The notes below the pieces were generated by a model. That model was not told the origin of the DNA. It saw only the letters and a list, made by a program, of their open reading frames with translations, and searched no databases. From assembly GCF_006345805.1 (NCBI RefSeq), contig NC_043000.1, positions 143,592,001 to 143,656,000 on the forward strand: 64,000 nt of DNA, given 5' to 3'. The DNA is from Octopus sinensis (taxonomy: Eukaryota). A program made the translations under genes and the position numbers. Below are positions 39,942-52,710 of the stretch, one piece after another. Within the stretch, counting starts at the first letter, position 1. Each line of letters opens with the position of its first letter.

Positions 39942-40102
39942 GCGCAGACGTTGGTGTGTGTTAAGTAGCTTGCTTTCCAACTACATGTTTCCGGACTCAG
40001 TCCCACTGTGTGGCAACTAGACGAAGTGTCCTCTGCTATAGCCTCGGACTACCCAAAGCCTCGTGAGTGGATCTGGTAGAGTGAAACTGAAAGAAGCAGT
40101 CT
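39942..40102 (+). mobile_element. SINE family B 5' half
   Basis: Aligns to the family B head as far as gaaactgaaagaagc. Confidence 0.75.
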
Positions 40103-40462
40103 TACATATATCGCTGTATATATATAAAAGGCAGGATGTGTGTGTGTTCGTGTGTGTGTGTACGTGAATGTGATTTATGCACGTCCACAAATTAGCACGC
40201 ATGTCACTCCTATTTTAGGAGGACATTCCTCATGACAGCTGAATTTTCGTGAACTTCTTTTCCCTAGACGAATTGCGGTAAAAGTAAATTTTCAACCAAA
40301 ACTTTTAACAATTTTCAAGTCGGAGAAATTGACCATTGTTTACAACAGGAGTTAAGCCCCCTTCTAGCAACGAGTAAGTTGTGTCGATATATGGGCAACG
40401 CACACACACACGAACATGTATGCGTACAAAAAGACAATTATGCAATAGGTGTACATACGTAC

Positions 40463-40523
<61 letters not shown>

Positions 40524-40554
40524 ATATAAATATATATATATATATTGTATATAA

Positions 40555-40593
<39 letters not shown>

Positions 40594-40596
<3 letters not shown>

Positions 40597-41334
40597 ATAT
40601 ACACTTAGACTTAGTTGTGATCTGAACGTAACCGCGTCTGACACAGAGGACCGTGAGCCCTTCTGGGCATTCTATTTTCTTTGCTCGAAGGATTCCCCAG
40701 CCATGGGCAAAAGGGCGTTAGATAATGGGGTGGTGTTTTCTAAGGGCTGACATGTGCAACCTGATCACCTCTGCCGATCAAATTCGCAACCCATGCGCTC
40801 CCATCGCAACATTCATTCTGCAGAACTGGGTTGGGTGTGAAGACCAACTTTAAAGTTTAAATATAGATATTTTTTAATCAGCAATGTTGTGTTCAGTTAA
40901 GTCCTATTTGGGGTGAAAAATCAATAAACTGATTCCTTATGGGGTTTTCCATTTAATCAGGATTAAAAAATCGATAAACTGATTCCTTATAGGATTTCCG
41001 AATAAAATCGGCTACACCTCATTTTCAACCTTAATTTTACCAAATCTGATGTATTTTGTTCGAACTTGATGCTAGCATTACTTAGGCCTCACGGGATCTT
41101 TGAATGCTTTAAGTTCTTCGAAAAAAAAATCGGTGAGTAGATAAAATCGATAAAGCGATTCCTTATGGAATTTCCCAATCAAGTTGTCTGCAACTCATTT
41201 TCAGCCACAAGTTTACCAATTACAACGGATTTCGCTCAAATTTGACGTCGATACTATTTAGTTAGGTTTGAAATAAAGAACTTGATTAGCTTAATACTAA
41301 CTTAATTCCAGGCAAAGCCGGGCTATACTGCTAG
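40594..41334 (+). mobile_element. Non-autonomous Helitron-like element (741 bp) with internal 24-bp subrepeats
   Basis: A|TC start in (TA)n, terminal ccaggcaaagccgggctatactgCTAG|T nearly identical to the 3' end of 25308-25685; aaaatc(a/g)ataaa(ct/gc)gattccttat at 40917, 40967 and 41143. The 5' boundary is inferred. Confidence 0.7.
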
Positions 41335-41374
<40 letters not shown>

Positions 41375-41418
41375 ATATATATAATATATATATATATTAT
41401 ATATATATATATAATATA

Positions 41419-41448
<30 letters not shown>

Positions 41449-41449
<1 letters not shown>

Positions 41450-41531
41450 TTCCTGAGCGCCATACTAATACAATTGTTCGTTTGTTTTCCACCTGCCTTC
41501 GTCTTTTGTCTATTTTCATAAAGCTTCCCGT

Positions 41532-41533
<2 letters not shown>
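41449..41533 (+). mobile_element. Family 2 repeat fragment
   Basis: Reverse complement of 16364-16448; the hammerhead part is replaced by a (TA)n tract. Confidence 0.8.
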
Positions 41534-41630
<97 letters not shown>

Positions 41631-41876
41631 ATATATTGAAATATATTGATTGAAGTGGATGTGTGGCGATTCGATCATATAACAATATAAATAAAATATA
41701 AATATTTCATATATCCATACATATATGTGCATACCTACATATATATGTATATATACATGCATATATGGGCACAGGACAAAAAACCTCGACAAAATGAGAA
41801 ACGAGAACATAAAGAACAAAAACATACAAGGTTAATATTTTTTTGCACAAAAAATGAAGCAAATAGAGAAACGAGA

Positions 41877-41987
41877 TAGGCCACATAAACAACATTCCCT
41901 TCATCAGTTGTCCCATATTATATCTAGTACGCGTTTCGAAGATAACAGCGGGAAACTGATGAAGGGACTGTTTTTTTATGTTGCCTA
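41877..41987. repeat. Hairpin with ~38-bp imperfect arms containing CTGATGA
   Basis: taggccacataaacaacattcccttcatcagttgtccc vs reverse complement of gggaaactgatgaagggactgtttttttatgttgccta. Confidence 0.8.
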
Positions 41988-42056
41988 TATAGGCCTGAGA
42001 TTGATCTCTAGGCACTAAAGCTTTTTTATTCTCTCTCTGTTCATTTTCTCGTCTTC

Positions 42057-42092
42057 CTTTCTGTTGAAGAGCGTAGGCTCGAAACGTAAAAG
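42057..42092 (+). ncRNA. Minimal hammerhead-like motif (family 2, best preserved copy)
   Basis: CTTT-CTGTTGA-A-GAGC(GTAG)GCTC-GAAA-CG-TA-AAAG: stem I 4 bp, stem II 4 bp, GUA cleavage triplet. Confidence 0.62.
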
Positions 42093-42166
42093 ACTTTTTC
42101 ATTTTCTCGAACATTAAATTAATAAAGACACCTGTCTTTATCTTTTATGTTTTTGTAAATTCCAAC

Positions 42167-42202
<36 letters not shown>

Positions 42203-42210
42203 ATATATAC

Positions 42211-42307
42211 ATAAATGAAAGAATGGATTTGAACGACGATTTAACAAAATTCCTTTATTCTCGACAAATTTTGTTAAATCGTCGTTCAACTCCATTCTTT
42301 CATTTAT
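42211..42307. repeat. Near-perfect 41-bp inverted repeat with a 15-nt loop
   Basis: ataaatgaaagaatggatttgaacgacgatttaacaaaatt vs reverse complement of 42267-42307: 1 mismatch. Confidence 0.95.
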
Positions 42308-45022
42308 TTGTATTAAAAAAAGACAAATTTCCACACGGAAACACATGATCTCTGCCCTTCGCATGTAGCTTCAACCGTGTTTTTCTGACGTGAATTTGCT
42401 ACCCAGGTATCGGTTAACCGAATTATCCATACTAAGATAATTCATTCAACTACTTATATATATATATATCAGAGTCCACATTTATTAAGGAATATATTTG
42501 TAATACGATGAGAGGAATATTACTTATATGACAGTAGCAACAGTTACTCAAACGTTAACCAATAAATAATATGAAACACTAAGTATATAACCAAGTACCT
42601 TGAAGTATTTAGCGTATCATTTCATTGTTATATTGTTTATCATAATTGGTTTAGTAATACATTTAAGAAGCTAAATTTCGTTGCCTCTTGAAATGATGTT
42701 TGTTGTGTTTACCAAAGAGTCGGTCCTATCCGAGGATTACGATCGAAGGGTTTCGGTCTGACTTTCCCACTACCAGTTATGCTACAGCGTTACTTGAAAT
42801 ATAATTGACTGCTCTATGCAGAAGGTGAATAAACCCCGCAAAGATTTGCACGTATAGTCACTAGCGAAAATGGAAATATATTCCCTGCAGACACTGTATG
42901 CAATTCTCACTGATGTACTCACTACGCTGTAGCAAATCGGATAAGTCTCTTTCATCCACACCTCGAACAGTATGTGAGAATACTGCTTTACTCAAGAAGA
43001 TGTGATAACGATTGTCCTTGATATTTATTTTTCTTACACGTCTCTCCTTTTATCACAATAACAACTGCACTTGTTCTTTTGAACAAGTACCTTATCATTT
43101 GACACCCAAGTGTACATATAGGAGGGTCCCTAATTACTGTCGTCTAAATTATTTGGAGAAAATAACTACATTTAAAAAAAAATCACTTTATACAGTCCTC
43201 AGAGGTGATAGTAGCGTGTTAGATATTATCGTCATAATTACACTATATCTGAACACAACGCGAAATTTTAGATATGATTGTCCTAGGGGGGAACATATTT
43301 CATGATAAGTTAGCACGATCAGTGTTGATATGAGCTCGAAACGGAACAAAAACGAAATGCGGCTGCCAGTACTTCTTTTGTATAGATACGAGTATAACCC
43401 TCAAAACCCACTCTACATTTGTTGCTCCAGATTTAAAACTTATGATCTACAATCGTCGAAAGTGAACATTGCTCGCGTCGACATCACCAGACTGCAGAGT
43501 AGCATGCAAAGAATTTCGATGCCACTTCTCTCCTGACTAAATAACGAAATCAATTATCACATTCCATTAGCTTTTGTTTATTTTCTGTCTAATTTTCTGC
43601 TTTCCTCTAAAGGAATTTACATCCTATAAATACATTCTTGCACACCCGATATTACCACAAATATCATTTAACGTTATTTTCATTCCGTAGTCTGTGTTGT
43701 ATTATTTGCTGGTAGTTTACAACTAACATTAAATAAATGTTTCCTATTCAGCAACATTGGTTCTTCGGTATTTCTTGCATCAATACATTCATTTTAATGC
43801 GTTTTATCAGAAAGACGAAACAGCGCATTAAAACATAGCAAACACATTATCATTCTTTCATCTCGTTTGTAAATTTTCTGCCACTGCGTCCAATACTCTC
43901 TTACTCGTTTTCTGATCTGACGTTTAGGAAAAGTATTTCTTCCACACCTGTTTCTTCAACTGAACGCAATTTGCTTACTTCTATATTGCTTTGATTTTCC
44001 TTGTTTCAGTCCCTCTCTTCCTCTACAATTTCCGCTGTTTCTAATATTCTTTGATTTCACTTTCTCTTTTATTCATTTCTCTCTCCGTCTTAATACCTTT
44101 CTAGTGTTTTTTTTTCCTTTTTACTTAGCTAATGTTTTTTTCTTTTTTTTCCATATTTCTAAAAAAAAATCGTTATGTCGAGTACAAATGCAGGTTCGTT
44201 TATATGTTTGAGGCAATTTTCTGTGCTATTTCCTGCAGGATTCAAAGCGACATCTAATTAGGCAGAAGAAAGTGGTTCCAGTTATAGTCTTATTTTTTTA
44301 CGCTCAACAAAGAACAATATTTCGTAACATTCGTTGATATTCGATCAAAAACTATACATTACTCGCATTTTTTCTAGTCATTTTCTCTCATCTCCTGAAT
44401 TTTGTTGAATTTTTCTTTATTTTCATAACAAATCACAAAGATATGTTGATTTTTCTTTTCCTTTACATTTTCTTTCCAACCTTTATTTTTTTCGTCATTA
44501 TCTTTGAATAGCTTTGCTGAATGTTGTTTTCGTAATTTTTATTTGATATTTTCACTTCTAAATCTTCAACAAATACTATAAGGAAGTTGATCAATATATT
44601 TGCCTTGATATTAAAAGCGAATATTTATATATTTTTGCTGTTTCGTCTTTAATATATTATTAGAACACATTATTTTCAATATTTTATCAAATGTTCAATT
44701 TTTTTTTATCGCAACGAATTATGCTGCTTTTCCTTTACAAAATATAAAATGAATAAAATAGAACAGAAAAATCATCAACTAATAAACAACTGATGTTAAA
44801 ATGAATTGAATGTGTTAAGGAATAGTTAAAAATTTTACCCATCATGTAAATTTCTAAATATGTAAATATTGTATGTTTGACACGGTTGGCGGCGAATGTA
44901 CGCCCACAGTGATATAGACAAGCTCATATGTTTAAGGAGACGGACACACAAATTCTCGATGAACACACACACGCGCACACAAATATATGTATATTTATAT
45001 ACATATAATTATATATATATGT

Positions 45023-45086
<64 letters not shown>

Positions 45087-45426
45087 TATATATATAGACT
45101 TATATTTATATGCCAATATCTATGTATATATATACATATATGCATAAATACAGACATATATATATATATGAATATATATACATAAATGCTGGGAGATATT
45201 CATATGAAAGGTCGACAGTCTGCTGTGTGTTTCCACACACAATATGCTGTTCAAGTCTATCAGGAACAGGCTGGTTTAGGACTTAGTTTTCTCTGTCAGT
45301 TTTATATGTAAGCAGGTCATCTATCTACACTATTTAACGTAATATGCAGAGCTCATAAAATATATGTAAAATATATTGTAATATACTTTACGCTTATGAT
45401 GCTATAAACACACACACGCACATGTA

Positions 45427-45483
<57 letters not shown>

Positions 45484-45490
45484 GATAACT

Positions 45491-45534
45491 TTGATAGGTT
45501 TCGACCAGTATAAACCTAGGCCATATTCAGTCAA
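45491..45534 (-). ncRNA. Degenerate hammerhead-like motif (family 3)
   Basis: TTGA-CTGAATA-T-GGCC(TAGGTTTATACT)GGTC-GAAA-CC-TA-TCAA; G8 replaced by T. Confidence 0.35.
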
Positions 45535-45774
45535 CAGATGAGATCCAAGGATTCTCATTCTAGGAGACGCTTAATAGTACTCAAACGACTGAGACTTAGA
45601 TTCCGCTGTCTTTAAAGGCGATTAATTCCACGGGGTAAACGATGGCAACTAGAGGGATCAAGGTGAGCAAATATAGGGAGAATTTATCCGCATAATTGCC
45701 GCTAAATGTATATATATATATATACATATGTATATATCTGTGTGTGGGTGTCTATCAAGTTTTATATTAATTTT

Positions 45775-46402
45775 GAAAGGTACTACTTGTAGCAACAGAA
45801 TGCTAAAAAGAGTAGTCAAAACAACTCAAGACCACAGTTTTCACTTCTACACAAGGGCGAAATCGAAGGAATGAGCAGTAAAATTTTAAGTCCCCGTAAC
45901 ATAGAAGGAAAAAAATCGAAAATGAAAATCAAACATACCCCTATTACAGTGATTTTTGAACTTTATTATTAATTCATAATTTTGCCCTTATGTTTCTTTT
46001 ACGCATGCTAATATATTAACAGAAATATCTTTATATATTTTTATATATTTTATATATTTTTTATATATTTTTAATAATGTTTATTCACTTCGATCATCTT
46101 TTTGAATTTGCCGCCTCATTAAAATTGATTACTGAACACATGGAAAAAAGATGCATGGTTTTGGCCTTGGGTCAGTATTACTCACTGACGCGAACACAGT
46201 GATCATTCGCAAAGTTTGAAATCACATTGAAACGGGTATGTTTGATATTCATTTTCGATTCATTTCCTCTACAGCCCGGGGGTCTTCAAATTGTTCTGCT
46301 CGTTCGCTCGATTCCGCTCTTGTGCACAAGTTAAAACTGTGGTTTTCAGTCATTTTGACTGTTTTCTTTTTTAGCGTGCTGATGCTACAAGTTGTATCCT
46401 TC
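45775..46402. mobile_element. Foldback/MITE-like element with ~190-bp imperfect inverted arms
   Basis: 45775-45965 aligns collinearly to the reverse complement of 46210-46402 (e.g. acttgtagcaacag/acttgtagcatcag, accacagtttt, gaaaatgaa(a/t)atcaaacataccc); roughly a quarter of positions differ by eye. Confidence 0.75.
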
Positions 46403-47260
46403 AATATTAAATGAATAATTTTGCCTTTATGTTTCTCTTGCGCATGCTATCCACCGATATTTTTGTAAATTATTAACAACAATATCCTCATATATATTTA
46501 TATAAATTTGTAAATGTATACATGTGTGTGCCTATAATAGATATTCTTTTATTTTTGTATACGTGTCGACCCAAAGTCAGTGACCATGCTGGAGCCCCGC
46601 CAATATATAAATATAAAACAACAGAAGAATAATATATCACTGGGTGTGATCGGAGGGAGAAGCATCTCGTCCTGGCATTCACTCTCTTAACTCATTTAAC
46701 CTTCATCGATGCTATAAATCTTAGGTATCCCCTACCAGCACTTGACATCGCGTCGTCTTCCATTATAATAGTACTCATCGGACCTAACAAATTCATTCTG
46801 CGACCAGCAAGGCTCGTAGAATTATGAGCGTGCCTTTGACGCTGATATTCTTAATGTTTCTAAATGACGTGGTTGATGATGTAATGTCTCCATTAATCAA
46901 TTAAAAATTCGTTGGAACGTGCTGTAGAGTATTGGCACTTTATTCATTTGTTCTTTATGTATTTAAGATTCACCTCTATCGGAAACTGCTCCTTGCGTGA
47001 TCCGAAGTATATTATGGATTATATATTTAATAAAATTTGCGTGTCTTGATTAGCCCAATGGGCACTGATATACGTAGTTGGGTTCAATTAATTGTATACA
47101 TAACATGAATACCTTTCTACTTTGGTACACTTGCATGTATTCGTATACCTTTCTTGTGAATGCATTTCATTTTAACTTAGACCTGAGCCGGTACCCTATT
47201 GTTTAAGTGCTTAATCTTTTCCAATCATTTGCACATATATCTACATATAGATATCACGTA

Positions 47261-47533
47261 TCACGTGACTGACCAGGCCATCAGATGTCACAATGTGCTT
47301 CGCATTGTTTTAGCCTTGAAATGACGCCACCACGCTGACTAAACAGAAGAATGGGTGAGAGAAAGTTGTGGCGAAAGAGTACAGCAAGGATTGCCACAAA
47401 CCCCTGCCGGATCCACGTGGAGCTTTAGGTGTTTTCGCTCAATAAACACTCACAAGGCCCGGTCTGGGATTTGAAACCGTGATCCTACGACCACGAGTTC
47501 GCTGCCCTAACCACTGGGCTATTGTGCCTCCAC
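47261..47533 (-). mobile_element. SINE family D, tail type 3
   Basis: The reverse complement aligns to 39404-39690. Confidence 0.85.
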
Positions 47534-48269
47534 ACATATAGATATATATATATATATGTATTTATACATACGCACGCACACACGCTCACTCACACACACA
47601 TATCACTTCATTCTGCTATCGATGCATTTATTTACGGAAATAAAGTCATACCACAAAATTTAAGATAATTTTTGCAGTATGATTTTAGTGCATGTTAATA
47701 AAGAAAAAAGGAAAGTATTTTCGTGATAATGGTTCATGTGCATAAATATTATCGGAATATTAATGGAGAATCTTTTTTATGAAGAATTATTGTTAATTTG
47801 AACTTGTCTGTTTAACTCAAAAGCAGTTCTCTTCCTTAGAAATACTTACTTAATGCATCTCAGTTAAGCACAGTCATCATCTTTGAAGGAGAAGATTCAG
47901 ATTTATTGAAATTGTCTCCAAAACACGTTCTGTAATGCCTTGTATTCCGCTTTTAGACATTATGAATTACTTAACTACTGATTAAGTTCGTGTTAACATT
48001 TCAGTATAAAATTATAGAAGACAAGTCAAAACATCAAAACATAAAGGCCACATAGACACATTTTACTGCTGTGAAAATATAAAATTCTAATGTATATGAC
48101 GTGAACCGCATTATATAGTTGTTATACAGCTCTTTATGTTTGTATGGTTGCGCTTATTTTTTTAATTTGCTGCGAAGTCCCTAACTTTAACACATAACCG
48201 GCAATCGAGCAAAGAATCGGAGAGGCGTAATTAACATATCTAACGTCTAGGATTTCAACCTAACTCTTG

Positions 48270-48475
48270 AATGATAATAAAGAGACAAAGTTCATGGAAT
48301 AGTGTGGCAGGGAGCGAGCGGATTACATCAAGCCCTTCCCTGAACTGATACCTGTTTCATTGACTCCCAAAGAATGAAAGGGAAAAGTAACATCGGTGGC
48401 GTCTGAATTCCCAACATAAGACATACCGATAAGCCTTGTCCGGTGCGCTAAGGAATGTGCCAGTTAGTCACTTTT
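48270..48475 (-). mobile_element. Diverged SINE family A copy
   Basis: The reverse complement shows ttagcgcaccggac...gaattcagacgccaccgatg...ctttcattctttgggagtcaatgaaac. Confidence 0.6.
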
Positions 48476-50014
48476 TCAATGATAACATTACTTAAAATAT
48501 GTCAATGATTTATAATGTGTGAAAAAGCTATAACTTCGTAAGAGATACAGTCGATTCGACTAAGGTTAGTTCTTGTCTGATACAAAATTTATAGACATGA
48601 AAATGATGAAAAAAAAATTAAACCCTATAGGAACTATATCAAAAATATACAATGTTATTACGATAAGATACTAATAGTTTTATTATTCTGTTATTGGTTT
48701 CGGCGAGAGGTCGTAGCCACGCTGGGGCACTGGCATTAGCACTAATGCTTCTTAATTCTGGAATCTTTTCCCAGTCCTGCTTTCGGAATCAATTTTCTGG
48801 AGTATTTAGTAAGAGCTATTCAAACTAAAATTTAAATCAATATTTGTATTATATATATTTATAAATTTGAGCGGTAGCGTTAACTTTACATATTATGTGA
48901 TACCAGTGAAATTTCTGATAATAAATTTTCACTTAAAGGTTAAACGGCTGCAAGATGATCACTGTGCAGCAAGTAAACTGCAGGATTTTTTTTTTGTTTT
49001 TTAGAGGTATGCGCTTAGTAGTTAATGAAAGACCTTGCATATTAAACAAGAGATAGGTGATAAATTGAAGCTAGGTACCTGAGTTGCGACTGTTGATCGG
49101 GTTCTGAATTATCTCTCTCACACTCTCTTTTTAACTCCTGTACCTTTTCGCAATTTTTTCCTAATATTCCTACAATATACATCACGCACATACACGCCCA
49201 AGCGCGCGTGCACACATACACAGAGACTGGTGTACTCACGAACACACACACAAGCTCATGCACACGTACTAGTATTTAAGTTTTCTTGTAAGACATTTTC
49301 TGATTCCGGCAACTACTTGCATGTTCAAATTTATTCTAATGCCTTCCATGGTGAATATGCAAAACAATTATAGTTCCCAAGAGAGAGAAAAAGAAAGGTG
49401 GGGAAAGCGTGTGAGTGACTCAATGGCGAGACTGTAACCAATCTGGAATGCACAGAAAATTAGGAATAGCAAGTCGCGTGTTCGAATTCTATTAAAGTTG
49501 TTGATGACTTTTCTCTCATCTGAATAACTATACCAAATATCGACCTAGTACTAGGGTCTATACATCATATAGACTCTATCTGTCTTGCGGACAAAAGTCT
49601 AAACCAAAAATCAATATTTTATGAGAATTCGTAATTTTATAAGACAATTCTACTGAAACTATATACTGTCAGAGTAGACGAATTTAACAAATTTAGTGGA
49701 ATACAGCTTTCTTTGGTTTGCATGAAAAGTAAATTAAAAGAAAATACGAACTACAAATCAAATTTCTCTGCAATTTCTAAGTGAACATTTCCAAATTCGT
49801 AATGAATTTAACGATACATATAGGAAGAAACCGCTGACAAGTAGCGTGTGATAGTCCCTAACTGTCTAAACAGATATTGCTTAATTGATAAATTATATTC
49901 TTCAATGTAAGTTTTTACAGAAATTGTTAAAAGCATCGTTTGTTGTTGATTAATTGGAAATTAATGGCATACACTTATGTGATTATATCCATACACACAG
50001 AAACACATATACTT

Positions 50015-50035
50015 GTATATATATATATATATGTT

Positions 50036-50122
<87 letters not shown>

Positions 50123-50135
50123 ATATAATATATAT

Positions 50136-50169
<34 letters not shown>

Positions 50170-50270
50170 CATGTATATATATATATCTATATATATACAT
50201 ACATATATTTATATATATATATATTTGTGTGTATATATATATATATATTTGTGTGTGTATATATATATAC
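50015..50270. repeat. Long interrupted (TA)n microsatellite
   Basis: Direct reading. Confidence 0.95.
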
Positions 50271-51269
50271 TTATGAAATTCGACGCATTATTTATATATA
50301 TGTCTGTGAAATATATGCACAGTAGTAGCAAGTGTTTGTATACTTTCTCTATATCATTTAGCTCATGCACAAATAATAAATAATGCAGAATATTCTCTTC
50401 CTGTAGAATTGCGTGTATGCAGCTAATATAAGTTACTTGCCGAGCAGCTCACTAATTTTCATATATTTCAAACAATTTCTCATAAAAAGTATATGTATGC
50501 ACACACATCTTCATACAAGACAATTGTCCTATTCGGTCCCCTGCAATCGAGGGTATTGGTTGTATAAAAATAAGAGAAAACATTTAGTTTTTTTTAATTT
50601 GCATATTCTAGGTAACATGACTTCTTGCTGTTAATGCTGACTGTGCGAGCAATATGTATTTTGACTCTCCTCCTTTCTCTAGGCATTACATAGATCATTT
50701 TCCTTAATGGCATTTCAAATTTTTAGAAATCTTCATTTTGCAGTTATCTCCCCTTCTCATATGGAGGTGGTCTTGATTGCTATTTGGTGATTATTGCACA
50801 TCCTCTAGGAACGGAGATACTTGTAGCAAATATATAACTTATGGAGCCTGATATTAATCAAACACACGACAGGAAATACTCTGAGTCATTTTTGTTTAAT
50901 TTATACTAATTATCTAGGAGTTCTACAGGAAGGTCTACTCTTATCTGCATATGCTCAGAGGAAACGAAAAAAATTTTTCGAGTAACTGAAATGTATAAAG
51001 GGGAACAAAAAAATCATATCACAATGCGAATGTTTTTCTCTACAAAGCGAATGGATGACATCTAAGAAATGACCCTCGATAATCATAGACTAAAGAAATC
51101 GTTGCAGGCTGCAGAATAAGAAAGAAAAAATTTAAAAGAAAGCGGCACTCTCCAGGTCGGAATTGACGATGTTTAAGATCATAGGTGGTTTCATTGTAAC
51201 AATGTGCTATATGTGAGGCTTTCACTCACCTTTCTAAATCGTCAGTGAAGATTAATTCCCCACTGCCAC

Positions 51270-52710
51270 AAATGGTGGGAGAGCGCCATCTATGCTGATC
51301 AGGGTAATTGAGAATGACCTCAAACTGATGAAAACAGATGGAGTAAAGTAAAAAAATTACAAAACAAGAAAAATTAAAACTGAGGAGGTGATGAGATCTG
51401 GAAAATCCACATTCTACTCTTAAATCGCTATCGGAAGGAGGGTAAAATACCCTCACTGTGGAAAGAATCAAATACTATCCGGCTTCACAAGAAGGGTGAT
51501 AAAGAAGATCTTACAAATTATTCTCTGTATGACTCTTGTCTCACTCCTATAAACTGCTAACAAAGTTCATAACCACCAGTTATCGAAACAGCTTGGCGAC
51601 CAAGTATGGTGAGAACAAGCAGGTTTCTATACGTACTATACTACGACAGACCACATATTCACTCTTACTTAGCTCATAGAACGAGGGAATGAAGATTTCC
51701 CCCCTGTGCGTCGCTTTTGTTTATTACGAAAAGACCTTTGATAGCGTCGAAACGAAAGCAGTCTTGAAATCAATGGAAATGTATAAAATACATCAAACTG
51801 GTCATAGACGCGAAATCGTGATGCACAGCAAATATAGCTCTGCTATGAAGACCAGTAAGCGTCCCAAATGAGACGGACACTTCTCCGCAATGTTCCTTAA
51901 CGCATGTCTAGAAATGGTCATCAATGACATTGACTTCACACGTGGTGTGAAAAATCAATGGTGAGCAACTAAAACAACATCGATTAGCAGATGACATTGT
52001 ACTCATCGCTATAACTACAAATCAGCTGCAAACCATATTTAAAAGTTAAAAAAAACTGGGCACTGAGAGCTTAGCAGAAGGTGTTAAGACAACCACATAA
52101 AAAAGAAAATATATGCGGTCGGAAGATGTCACACATAGCCGAGTAGAGGTAGGCAGGGAAGGGATGATTTCGGATAGGTTAAGGACCACAGCCACCTACG
52201 GTATACAGTGAATATGTGCCGAGATATGGATGCTAAAATTTCAAAAACAACAAAGACAGAATTGAAAGCATTGAAGGCATTTAAGTCAGTAAATAACGTA
52301 CTCAAATCAAAGGTAAACAATACCACGAGTGCCATCTCTTCAATAAGCTGTGTTCTTAAATTGAAGTGAGACGTGAGCTGCAACGAAGAGGATAGAACTT
52401 TGATTCTCTATGACGGAAAGGGCTGTGGAAAGATCCATGCTAGCAATACTCTTACGAGAACCTACTGGAAATAATATAATTTGAGAACAGGGCGGAGTGA
52501 ATGATGTGATGGCATAATAGCGAAAGCACATGCTTCGTTGGGTCGGGCATGCCCAAGGTTCACAGAAAACAGTTGCCGAGTGGTATACAAAGAGACCGGA
52601 AAGGGCCAGTTCGAAGGCCCCCAGCAACGATGAGAAAATAATCTAGCAATAGGGGCCAGGATGGAACAGAATGCCACAATCAAGAACAAATTTGTAAGCG
52701 CCTTGTCGCC
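51270..52710 (+). pseudogene. Decayed RTE-clade LINE reverse transcriptase fragment
   Basis: LHKKGDKEDLTNY (~51484), CVAFVYYEKTFDSVET, RLADDIVLI (~51981) and WVGHAQ (~52538); many frameshifts. Confidence 0.85.

Noticed and set aside
43792-43833. 10-bp stem hairpin ttttaatgcg/cgcattaaaa
   Set aside because: Short and AT-rich, with no family or motif support.
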